A stretch of DNA of 64,000 nucleotides from Lama guanicoe. Lineage: Eukaryota. Below are positions 27,437 to 38,540 of this stretch, one piece after another. A program made the translations under genes and the position numbers. The notes below the pieces were generated by a model, which was not told the origin of the DNA, made no database searches, and saw nothing but the letters and a program-made list of their open reading frames with translations. The DNA is taken from assembly GCA_013239625.1 (NCBI GenBank), contig MU054187.1:14418974-14482973 (forward strand), given 5' to 3'. Numbering within the stretch: the first letter of the stretch is position 1; each line of letters begins with the position of its first letter.

Positions 27437-28588
27437 CCTAAATCTGCTTTTTGATGTGACCATGTTATGATAGCAGACCTTTCTTAAACCTAAATTATGC
27501 CAGGGTTTAAAATTAACTAATAATTCTATATGTGGAAATGAGTAAACTGCATTACTAATAGGATGTTTTATTTGTGTAGTCTCTCAAATGTGTACTTACA
27601 TAACCAAATTATGTCTTTGAATAAAATCTAAAGCTCCTTCCAGCTCAAAAGAGAATTCTTAAATGACTCAGACTCATGTGTGTATACAGTGGAAGGCATA
27701 AATAAATTTACTGATGAAATCTATGACTAAACCAAAACAGTATCCAGAAGACCATGGACTACCATGGACACCAGTCCTACCTTTAGGATGAGGCTCCAAT
27801 TACTATACACGTTTGGTTTAAAAGAAAATAAATATTTGTAAGGAAAAAGCAAAAGTGTGCCAGGCACTTGTGCTGCATCATAAAACAATGTATGTAATGC
27901 GTCCTTCACTATCTGATACATAACAAGGCAGTCAATAAACATTAGTTTCATTTCCTTGTTTACGCATATATCTCCTAATGCCTCTGGTATGTTAGAGTAG
28001 TTTTCTCAGTGTGCAGAAATTCTTTACATGCAGTATTCCACATACTGTTCTCTTTCTCCAGGGCTGTCCTGGGTAAGAAGAGAGTAATACATTTGAAATT
28101 TTAAACGCTGTGATTCATGAGAAAAATCTCAGCCATGGCTGAATGCTGTAGAGAAGGAAATAGGTAATTTCAACATGACTTAGAATGAACATGGATGTCT
28201 GGATACCAGCCCAACAAGAAGGCACCTGATGGGTACTACAATTAATCTTCAGTTACAAAGGAAAACTATCACATCATCACCAACCTTTTCTAGCAAGAGG
28301 ACATGAAATTCACCTTTAGATGAAAAACAATTTCCTTTTCTTCAAATTGTTTGAAGAAATGATTAATTACTGATTTTCAAATAATGCCAGATAGAGTGCT
28401 AATTATGGGTTGAAATCTCTTCTGATACAAATGGAAAAGGCTACAGATATTTCTACTTGGGTGTGACACGTGACGGCGGCCATTTTTTCCTACACCATGC
28501 TGGCTCATTTCAGATCCACATACAATGTTAGGGCATAGTTTATGCAGTAATAATGGACTGTTTTACTCAAGGCCTGCTTGATTCTTAC

Positions 28589-28782
28589 CTGTACTACTGT
28601 TACTCATCACAGTATGCTTTTATATGCATCAGGATTTCTTTCTTCAACTGTAATGTTCTTCTCTAAAGAGTTGGAAGTTTCAGCAAAGTGAGCTGATCTG
28701 TAATTCTACTGGTCTGTATGGAGTACAGTTATGTAATGTGTAGTATGCATACCCTTGGTGGTTTGGACAAATATATCAAGGC
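28589..28782 (-). other. Candidate 194-nt cassette exon with a premature stop (poison exon)
   Basis: Branch point CTGAC (28805-28809), tract cttcctggctttggtttctttag|G, donor CAG|gtaaga. In the STAU2 frame it reads ALIYLSKPPRVCILHIT*. Confidence 0.4.
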
Positions 28783-30489
28783 CTAAAGAAACCAAAGCCA
28801 GGAAGTCAGTTTGCGTGAATGTGGGCTGCCTATCTGAAGAATAAACCTGCATTTTAGGGTCACTATAGGAAAACCAAGGCTTCAGGAGAATTCTTCCAGT
28901 TTCTCCAAGATCTTTGGAAAACAGTACATGCTAAATCCGAGAGAGATTTTTAAGAAGTAACTATAAATTAGAGCAGAATCTCCTGACCCCACACCAAACC
29001 TCTAAATGTATTTTGCTCACTGTACTCTGAATAATTTCTCATCACTTTTACAGCCATTGTGTAACAGTATAGAAGAAAATTTGGGCTCAGAAGTGACATG
29101 GTATAAGTTATGTTTCAAGGACAAATTAGAAACTTATTTCTAAGTGGAGAAGCATTATATCTTTCTCCATATTTTCCTATTAGAAATCTACAAAATTTTA
29201 TTTATATTAGTCTTCAAAAAAACATGGATCCCCCATTCTTCAAAAAAAAAAAAGCTACTGCAAATAGCCACTTTAATGATAAATATATGTATTACAAAAA
29301 GTGAGGTATAGGGAAGATAAGAAAAAAGAGAAAGGAAAAAGGTTGATTCTCAAATTGGCCAAGCCCCACCTCAATGTAATCTATACTGAGGTCATATTAA
29401 AATACGCTGTACGTCATACATATCAAAAATAAATACTTAAAGAAAGCCCATAACCTATAAAAGAAGCCTGCTATAACCATGTTAAACTTCAAAACAGGAG
29501 ACATAGTTGAAATGTATTATGTTTGAATTGTATTTGAAAAGAAAGTTTTAAATTTAAATAGATATTTCTAAGCCTTCTACTGACATTCTCTTCTTGCTAA
29601 AAACGACACAACACCTAAAACTCACGATAATGAAAAGCCCCCCTTTAAACACTCCTTGAATTTTATAAAATAAACTAATTATAGTTTAACTAAGATACCA
29701 ACGAAGTGCTTCTTTACTTCTTCATGTGAGAAAAACAAATCTAGTTTATCATATTTTACTCTGAAGATTTCGAACACAACGCTGTTCAATGGATGACAAT
29801 CGCAAGGAGGGGCACAGACTAGAAAGTTAAAATTAAATCCATCAAGAAAGGAGAATTTACTAAAACAATTCATTTTAATTTCCAATCTAATTGTTTTTCT
29901 AATGGCTCATTTAAACAATGGTGCTGCTTATATTTAATTATACAAAGAAATTTCTAATATAATAAGTATGGAAGAGCATATGATAGATGCAAAAACTTAG
30001 AAAAATGTAAATTATAACACAACAAAACAGTCTTCTACTTCAGTTCGAATGCACAGCATTTCAAAAATGTCTCCTCCATAATAATTTTCTTTAAAAAGTT
30101 GAATGATTTTGAAACATTCTGGCATTATAATTAAAAGGTATCAAAGAATGCACCAGGAACCCTGAATGCTATGGTTTAACTATATTTCAATTGAATTTTT
30201 ATGAAATGCATAGACATTATAGAAGCATACTGACTGAGCTGTGCAAAGTCTGAGGTTCACAGAACTGTTGATACAAGAATTTTTTTTCTTAAAAAACAAT
30301 AAATCAATAAGAATATTCAGGTTCTAAAAGAGGATATTTAAAAATGCACTCAATAAAATTTCAAAGAAATAAGTATTCACTTTTGATAGAGATCCAAAAG
30401 CTTGCATCTAAAATGCAATGATAAAAACTTTAGGGGAGTCCAAGCAAGGATAAAAGAATTACTGAGAATGTGCAAGAGTTCAGTCATAT

Positions 30490-32931
30490 TCTGACCTGGG
30501 AAGTGAGCTTTATTAATAATAACTTTAATTGTATAATAATTTTAATTATTTTGTAGATTTAAGCAAAAGGATGTGAGCTTAATACCTACATTCTGGTGAG
30601 CAAATAAGCTTTCTGTAATTTATAAATTTCAGTTAAAGAGTGGATAATGAAAAAAATTTAAAAGTTAAAACAACTTAGTTTTCAGTACACTGATATATTT
30701 TTTACTTTGTAATACAATATAGCTGTCACATACAATGGCTCTGGTAGGCTTAAATCAAATGTCAATGGGCACAGAAGGCCAGAGAAGAGTTTATACAATA
30801 TTCCGTAAGCAATAATATCTATTCAGTGTGCAATAACAAAATTGTAGAAGCACTAACCTAGAAACACAGAAAAGGAATTTATTATAGTCCTTAAATTCTA
30901 GAAATAAAAATAACACAACAGCATGTAATTGATAACAAGCTGGCCCTATAATTTCTAAACTACAGTCCAATTAAAGCATTTAAGAAACAGAGCAATCTAC
31001 ATGTTTTTTTTTACCAGGTAAATATACCTGAGAAAGTTACCTATAAAGAAATAGGCTTTAAAACTCTTAACCACAAAGACTCTTCTACCGCGACATTATG
31101 AGGATGTGCTGTGTACCTGACGGCACAGGAAGCCATTTCCCACGGACATTCTGTTCACCCACAGCTGCAGGTTGCCGTCCGTCAGCGACACAATATTTCA
31201 TAACAACACCAAGCTCATTTGACCAAAGAAGCGTCATAATGTTTTAAAACCATCTGTTATATTCATTAGTATGTAAAAATCACAGGACACAAATTTGGAA
31301 ATGTTTAACTTGTCCATAAATAAGAGTATATTAACTCAGCATTAAGCTTAAAAAAAAGGGGGGGGGGAGCTGAGTAGTCAGCCCAGATGTAGGGAAAACA
31401 GATTCTACATTTTGACTAAAGGAAATGTATTTTTAAATTACAGTTGTTGTCATTGCCAGGAATTAACAAATAAATATAAATTCAAAAATGTACGTAGTTC
31501 TTCTGGCAGCAAAACAACATCCACCATGATAACATCTCCAAGCAAAAAAGCAGTTGTGAGTTGAATGCAACTTGTGCTTCGTTTCCATAAAAATGCAAAT
31601 GCAGTGTAACATTCAGACACTTCTCAGTGACTGGATTTGTAAGTAAACTGAGTTCCTTTTCATTACAGTTTATTTCTAGTTCATCCTTTGCAGATTATAG
31701 ATAGAATTAAAAACTGCTTAGTTTTTTTTCCAGTACTTTAACTGTATGAACCACTGTTTTATTTTAAACAGGGATTCGTTGTTATTCTTAAGGTAAACAA
31801 CAGAAACGAGTTCTAAAATTTTAAGTTTTAAATTAAGTGTTTAAAATTTCAGGTGACAGAGCCAACAACTGGTAACAGCTTTTTAGAGTTCATAATTAAT
31901 AGCCTAATTAAAAACACTAATGACTACCTGGCAATAGATTTGAAAGAATCAGGTTTCTGTAAAGGCAAACAAACAAAAAAAACATGCAAAAGACTCCCCA
32001 AAACACATGATCTTCTCTCTTACACCTAAACTTGTAAAATTTTTATAAATACATGATCATTCTACACAATACAGATCTTCTAGCGCATTTCTAAAGGAAA
32101 TTACAGCTGCTGGTCTTAAGGAATAAGACTAAGATGGAAAAGGGGGTAAAAATAGTGAAATCTGAGGGAACAAAGAATAAATAAGGAAAAAAAGTTTCCA
32201 TCTCCAAATTCACGCACACAACAAGTGGACTATAAGCCAGTTTCAGACTGCCCAGTGAAACAGAATAGTTGGTATCATCCGAGGCAGGTACCATCCCAGA
32301 TGGTTCAAACACGATCCAGTAAAACAATATATGTTTTATGCCTCAAACAACTAGAAAGCATTTATTATTGTTCTAACATCATGTTTAATTAACTCCTAAG
32401 ATAATAGACTTCGAGGACGTTGTACCTTAATGGTATACCTGAATCACCACTAACAATAGAATGCCAAATTCAAAACTGCTATGAAACTAAAATCATCATT
32501 AGAAAAACTCAACCTTACTGTAAAATGAGGGAGAACTTAGTGCTAAATACTAATACCAAATGTATTAAGGCAAAATTTTTGTTTGTGGAAGAGAGTGAGA
32601 GAACAGATGCACCCAATCAAGACCAACCAGAAAGACACAACAGAGAATGAAAAATGTAAAAAAGAAAAGGAAGTACCATTTTCAGTTCCAAGGAGATTGA
32701 AGGCCCTAAAGGTAGGAGAGCCAGGCAGCAAGAGAATTATTGGAGAGAATGAAAAAATTTTTACATGAGGCATGTGCATATGGTTCGTTTTTCTGTCCTC
32801 CGTGTTCCTAATCATTTTCAACGTAAGTGGCATACAAGTTACACCAGCAGGCAAGAATGAGCTTTCTGATGGATAGAGATGGAGGATCTGGGGCTAATGA
32901 ATTGCTTTGTTTTCTTGTTTTTGCTTTTAAT
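30490..32931 (-). other. STAU2: Probable long 3' UTR of the STAU2 isoform ending ...QGFQV*
   Basis: Stop TGA at 32932-32934 is followed by about 2.4 kb of AU-rich sequence with no recognisable repeats. Minus-strand AATAAA at 32361-32366, 31758-31763, 31669-31674, 30878-30883 and 30509-30514. The distal end is inferred. Confidence 0.65.
30509..30514 (-). terminator. Candidate distal poly(A) signal AATAAA
   Basis: tttatt on the + strand at the distal end of the repeat-free UTR-like block. Confidence 0.45.
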
Positions 32932-32937
32932 TCATAC

Positions 32938-33245
32938 CTGAAAGCCTTGAATCCTTGCTAAATATTCCAGTTGTTTTGAAGGTTGTACTGGAGAACAAGG
33001 GGGAGTAGGAGAACTTCCTTTTAAACCTATGGCTTCAGCTGTAGGAGGTGCTCCATTCATAAGGAGTTCCCTGGCAATTGTGGCTGAACTATTCGATGTG
33101 GGAGATATACTGAAGAAAGAGCTTGAGGGTTGGTTCATATCTTTGGGTGACAAATAGCCTAGAGTAGTGCCAGAGATTACTTTGTGGCGGCTGGCTTCCA
33201 TCTCTTGATAAACATCAGGAGACAAATGAAGAATTCCTTTTGGAG
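32938..33245 (-). CDS. STAU2: STAU2 coding exon, 308 nt: tubulin-binding region, Staufen-swapping motif (ATIARELLMNG..AEAIGL) and dsRBD5 helix 1 (PSKQLEYLARIQGFQ)
   Basis: Acceptor ttttacttatag|CT CCA AAA GGA and donor CAG|gtatga. 61+308 = 369 nt = 123 codons. Overlaps ORF 32932..33225. Confidence 0.97.
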
Positions 33246-35827
33246 CTATAAGTAAAATAAAGGGACATTGTTATTACACTTAAAATAATTGAAACAGAAA
33301 CATGTTATAGCATTATTAATGCAAGGATTTCACTTGGTACGGTGACAAAGCAATGAGACACTGTCCATCGAGCGTCTTCCCCAAACTTGCAGAGGCAACT
33401 GCAGTCTCCTGTTCGTATGTTTCAATACGCCTAAAATCATTAGTTTAAGAAATCCACAAAAGTGACTTCGGGCAAAGTGTATGTGGTAGGCAAGCTGCGG
33501 AGGAACAGGGCTAACTGACGTGTGGAAGTACAATGGGGGATAAGGTTAGGAATGTGCATGGACTTTACCCTGCAATTTAATATTTTATGATCTCATAAGA
33601 GACACAAAATCCCTAACATATGCAGCAAGTGAGCCACAGTAGGTAAAACGAAGGCTGGATCAGTCCAAACCGTCTGAGGAACAAACTCACATATCCAGTG
33701 GCCCACTGGTGTTCTCTCCACAAGGATGTCCCACTGTCAACTCTACCTCATGAACGTGTCACAAAGTGACAGAGCATCTTCTTCCCCAAACTGTCTATCT
33801 GGCTTATCCCATTATGGTACCGCTATCTATCTGCTCAGTTGCTCAACCGAGGCTCCTGGCAACCATCTTCGACTCAATCTGTCTCTGCGTCATCAAGTGC
33901 ACTAGTTCAGGCCAGGCCAGGCCATACCCAGGTTCTGTTACCAAGAGGAGTGAGCCCGGGCCTGTGCCATCCGTTGGTGGGGCCGCAGGCATATAAAAGC
34001 ACTTTCCTTTGACTACTACCTGTCTCAGGGATGTTTCAAACCACATTTCACGCTGCTTGTTCTAACATATGTGGATTAGGTATTAACAACCCTCAAATCA
34101 TGATATTATCTTTTACGCTTCCTGATAAATCACCACTTTTGGCGAATGTGCTCTGACAGACACAACTTAATTCCCTTGGTCTTGCTCCTCCCGGTTCCCC
34201 CGTTAACTTCCTGATTCAGGCCCTCAGTGTTTCTCGCCCGGGCTACTGTGACCCTCACTAAGAGGTTTCATGGCTACTAGTCCCCCCAGTGTCTATTTCC
34301 CAAAATGGATTCTGTAACATAGTCCCCATATACAATGGTTCCATGATAAATTAAATATAGGAAATAATGCAAATGATATTACACATAAACATCCCTTTTG
34401 GAGGATTAAAAATGTACACTAGCAAAGCAAAGACTCCAAGAAGTCCAAAAGAACACAAATCTATTCAAACCAGGATTTCCCAAATTTATTTTATACCCAG
34501 GCTTTTCAAATAACATTAATAACACCTAACACTTTGGGAACTGCTAAGGCTAGCCATTCTTTTACTTTAAAGTCTTTACTGGCTCCTCATCCCTTGAGCT
34601 ATAAAATCAAACTCTTTAAGATGACTTAGGAAGCCCTTAACAATCTGGCTCCCTCACCTCTCTATCCTCATCTACTAAGATCTTCAGGAAGAGCCACGCT
34701 CCAGTCGTGCAAATATAGGCACACTTCTTCCAACACTCTGGCCTGTTGGAGGCCATCAGATCTTTATTTCCACTGCTCGGTCACACACACGCACATGCAC
34801 ACACCCCACAGTTAAGCTCCTACCGCTAGGTTCCAGGTACTAACGAATACTGTCCTGACTCAAGTCACACACTTTGTCCCTGGGAGAGGAAACTGAAAGA
34901 GATGGGTAACAGAATGTGGGAAGTGCCCCTGCAGAGATGGGTTAGGGAGCAGTGGCAATCCGGAAGGCAATCCGAGAAGCACTCGGAGCTCGGGAAAGGC
35001 TTCCTGGAGACAGATGATACTGACAGCAGATTTCAAGGGATGAGAGGAATCAGGCCAAGGAAGGAGAGAACTGAAGGCAGAGGGAGACACGAGCAAATGC
35101 AGGGGTCAGCAGTGTGCTCCAGGGAACCTCAACTCTCGAGCAGAAAGAGGGAGGTGGAAACTGTCAAAAGGTGAAGTGGGAGGCAAGAAGGGGCCAAGCT
35201 CCAGGGGACTTGATCCCAATGGCATTAAAACATACCAGAGTTGTTTTTAAAAAATAATTTATAGAGCTTAAAATAATATAGCAATTCTATTTTATGGATT
35301 TATTTTATGCCTTTGTGTTAGCTTTATAATCAGGAAGAAATTTCAATAAAAATTTTAAAAAGAAAACATATACATTGGGAAAAAGTACAGATAGCCAGAG
35401 GAAACTACTTTTAATATTTTGCTTTAAAAACATACTTTTAGTCCTTTTTCCTTTACACTTGTTAACTTTGAAATATAAGTTAAGACACAGAAATACCACA
35501 TGATCCTTTTGTTGTTTACAGAATAACATGCTTCTACTAATAATTTTAAAGCTTAAAATTTCATTATATGAATTGTTTCCTCAGACAATTCTGCATTGTT
35601 GGACATCTAATTTATTTCCTTTTTTGCAATTAAAACAACAATACACTTTTTTTTTGGAAATTAACCCTTATTTACATGAAAATTGACTTCTTTAACTTAG
35701 AAGCAGAGCTGCTAGTTCAAAGAACATGCATGTAAGTTTTTTGACACTAACAAATTGCTCCAAGTTGGTACAACTCCAATAGCTGTCCCAATGCCACACT
35801 TCTGTATTAATATATGAAAGTTTCTTT

Positions 35828-35938
35828 TTCCTATTTTGGTATTGGATATTATTTAAAAAAAATCTTTGCCACTGCTCTCTGTTAGCGTAGAAAGTGGTGA
35901 AGATTTTTTAATAATAATATCCAATACCAAAATAGGAA
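35828..35938. repeat. Inverted repeat (hairpin) with about 50-bp arms
   Basis: ttcctattttggtattggatattatt...aataatatccaataccaaaataggaa: perfect 26-bp outer stem, imperfect inner stem. Confidence 0.9.
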
Positions 35939-35949
35939 CAAATGTATTT

Positions 35950-36505
35950 TTAGCCCCTGAGTTCGATCATCAATGGCCAATGGTTTAATCACTCATGCCT
36001 ATGGAACAGAACTCCACAAAACCCCCTCAATGATGAGGTTTGGAAAGCTTCTGAGTTTCAAACACATCCATATGCTGGGAGCAGGGTGCTCCCCAACTCC
36101 ATGGGAACAGAAGCCTCTATGCTCTACACCTTTTTGGGTCTCTTCCTGTGTACCTCTTTGTCTGGCTTTTCATTTTATATCCTTTATAATAAACCAGTGA
36201 TAGTAAGTATCTTTCTGCATCCTGTGAGCTGATCTAGCAAATTATCGAACTTGAGAAGGGGGTTGTGGGAAACCCTTGAATTTAAAGCCAGTTGGTCAGG
36301 AGGACAGGTGGCAACATGGGACTTACGACTGGTATCTCAAGTGGGGCATCTTGTGGGACTGAGCCCTTACCCTGGGGGGGGGGGTCCTGCACTAATTCCA
36401 GGCAGTGTCAGAACTGAACTGTAGGACACCCTATTAGTGCCTGGAAAGTTGGAGAATTGGTTGGTAGGGGCAAAAAGATCTCTATACATTTGGTATCAGA
36501 AGTCC
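35950..36505 (+). mobile_element. MER21-like LTR, 5'-truncated
   Basis: caatggccaatggtttaatcactcatgccta...cttgtgggactgagccctt...tgtaggacacc...acatttggtatcagaagt. Confidence 0.65.
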
Positions 36506-37769
36506 AGTAAAAACTATGTCAACACTGATCAAACTGTACATATGATGTGGAATTTACTGCACTTCAATTGTACCTCAACAAAGTTGTAAAAATATTTGCC
36601 AATTTGATTAAGTGAAATGTCATATTTTTTCACTAGCTGCACAGATACCAAAAGTTAATTCTTATTTAAAGAATAACTTAATGTGTGACTCTAAATTCTA
36701 GACTCAACTTAAGAAATCAAGAAACTAACAGCATTATTTCAGCACTGTTATTATACAGCAGTAATGGGCTGCCAACAGCAATATTAGAAAGCAACAAAAA
36801 TGCTCCCCCAACACTCAAGAGAGGCATTACATCACAGTATAAGAACTCATGCAGAGTTCAGGCTCCCTTATTCTGCAGTAATGCCTGCACTGACTTTCCT
36901 TCATAAATAAAGAAGATTCCTTTCTACAGAGCTCAACTAATATAATAGTCATTGAAAGGGTGTAAAGATACTTGTGGATTTATATGGTCAACTATCAAAT
37001 GATTTTCAACGTGAGCATTGTAACAGAGTCTATGGATTAGTCACAATTCACATAGGATCCTTCTGTTGTAAATTTAAGTCACTTTTCAGTAGAGTCAAGA
37101 CCTAAAAGTAGAATCAAAGAGGAATTTAGGGGATGCATATTTAAGGACTTTCAACTGCCTCCTGAAAAACTATATCAATTTATACTTCCATTAGCAGTGT
37201 GCGACTAAACTTGTTTCTCCACACTTCTGTAGAAACAACCAGGTTTAGTTATTCTGAATCATTTCTGCCACTTCAACACCTCATTGTTATCCTAACTGAT
37301 CACCGCGCAAACTTTTTCTCACGTGACCACCTTGGTCACATGCCTTTCTTCCCTGTTGGTTCTGACCTCAGTTTTGCTCATGGACATGGAAGGCATTCCC
37401 TTCCTCAGGCTTGTTACATCGGTCATAGTCACCCTCCATCTGCAGGTGTCCCAAACCCATTCTCCCATCATCAATCCTTCGTCCTGGATTGTGCCTTTGA
37501 TGCTCCCATCCTAGTGCTGTCGATCTGTAACCACCGCACACGGCTACACCAGACACAAGACTGGCACTAATCTAGCACTTTACATGCATTATCTCCTTTA
37601 ATCCCCACAACCACCATATGAAGTGGGTTTTTATTTCTTTACATTAGAGATGAAAAAACTGAAGCACAGAAAAGTCATGAAACAGCCAAGGCTGTATGGA
37701 TAATGAGTAGCGATGCTGGATTTTTAACTCCAGGTGTCTGTCACGAGAGCCTGGATACCTAATCAGTAC

Positions 37770-38390
37770 ATTAAATGGAATCCTAAAAGACCAAGTTGGG
37801 AACAAAACGCAATGTCCAGCCAGTTCCAAACATGCAGGTGAAATCCAGGAAGTAAACTCCCTGGCTGGGGTGTGCCCAGATTGGCTCCACAGCTGATCCA
37901 CGTCGTCATGGTTGTCCTAAGTATTCCAGAGACGGCCTCACCAAAATCTCCATGAATTGTTTGATGTACACACAGGACTTCAGAAGCCCAAACTTGCCAG
38001 GGACTGTGACGCTTATACATGAAGAACACCAAGCCATGGGGACCATTTTACTTGTTTTTCCCACTAGGTTTCTGCTTCCTGCAAATGGATACATAAACCT
38101 TCTGGCCCGCAAAGCCTCCAGCAGCATTTTCGTGGAGCTCTAGTTCCTACTGGAGGAGTCATAGAGAACACTGTGAATTGAGATCTTCTAAAAGGTTTTA
38201 TCACACGCACTGATAAGCAAACTTAGTGGACCCTTGCCTTTTGATATTCACTAATGTCAGGACTCTTCCAGGGAGGCTGAAGAACACAAATGCTGATGAG
38301 TAATAAGTGGTATCAGGGGTATCAGAACAACAGCGCAAGCCAACGTAGCAAAAAAGGTAACACTACTTCCCTGGTACAAGTGATTAATGC
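37770..38390 (+). mobile_element. Possible highly decayed CR1/L3 ORF2 remnant
   Basis: Weak similarity to CR1 motifs (tcacacgcactgataagcaaactt; agcaaaaaaggtaacactac). Confidence 0.25.
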
Positions 38391-38472
38391 CAGTCTACAA
38401 ACAGGGATTTCTCTGCGAGTCCATGGAATGAGTGCAGAGCTACTGCTTCATAAAATGAACTTGTCATTTTTT

Positions 38473-38540
38473 TAACATTTTTATTGATTTATAATCATTT
38501 TACAATGTTGTGTCAAATTCCAGTGTTCAGCACAATTTTT
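38473..38540 (-). mobile_element. Very short, young camelid-type L1 3' end with a perfect 15-bp TSD
   Basis: aacatttttattgatttataatcattttacaatgttgtgtcaaattccagtg..; TSD aacttgtcatttttt at 38458-38472 and 38541-38555. Confidence 0.85.

Noticed and set aside
32932..33225. ORF-track 97-aa protein as a standalone gene
   Set aside because: Its start is an internal TTG (Leu). It is part of the spliced STAU2 exon 32938-33245.
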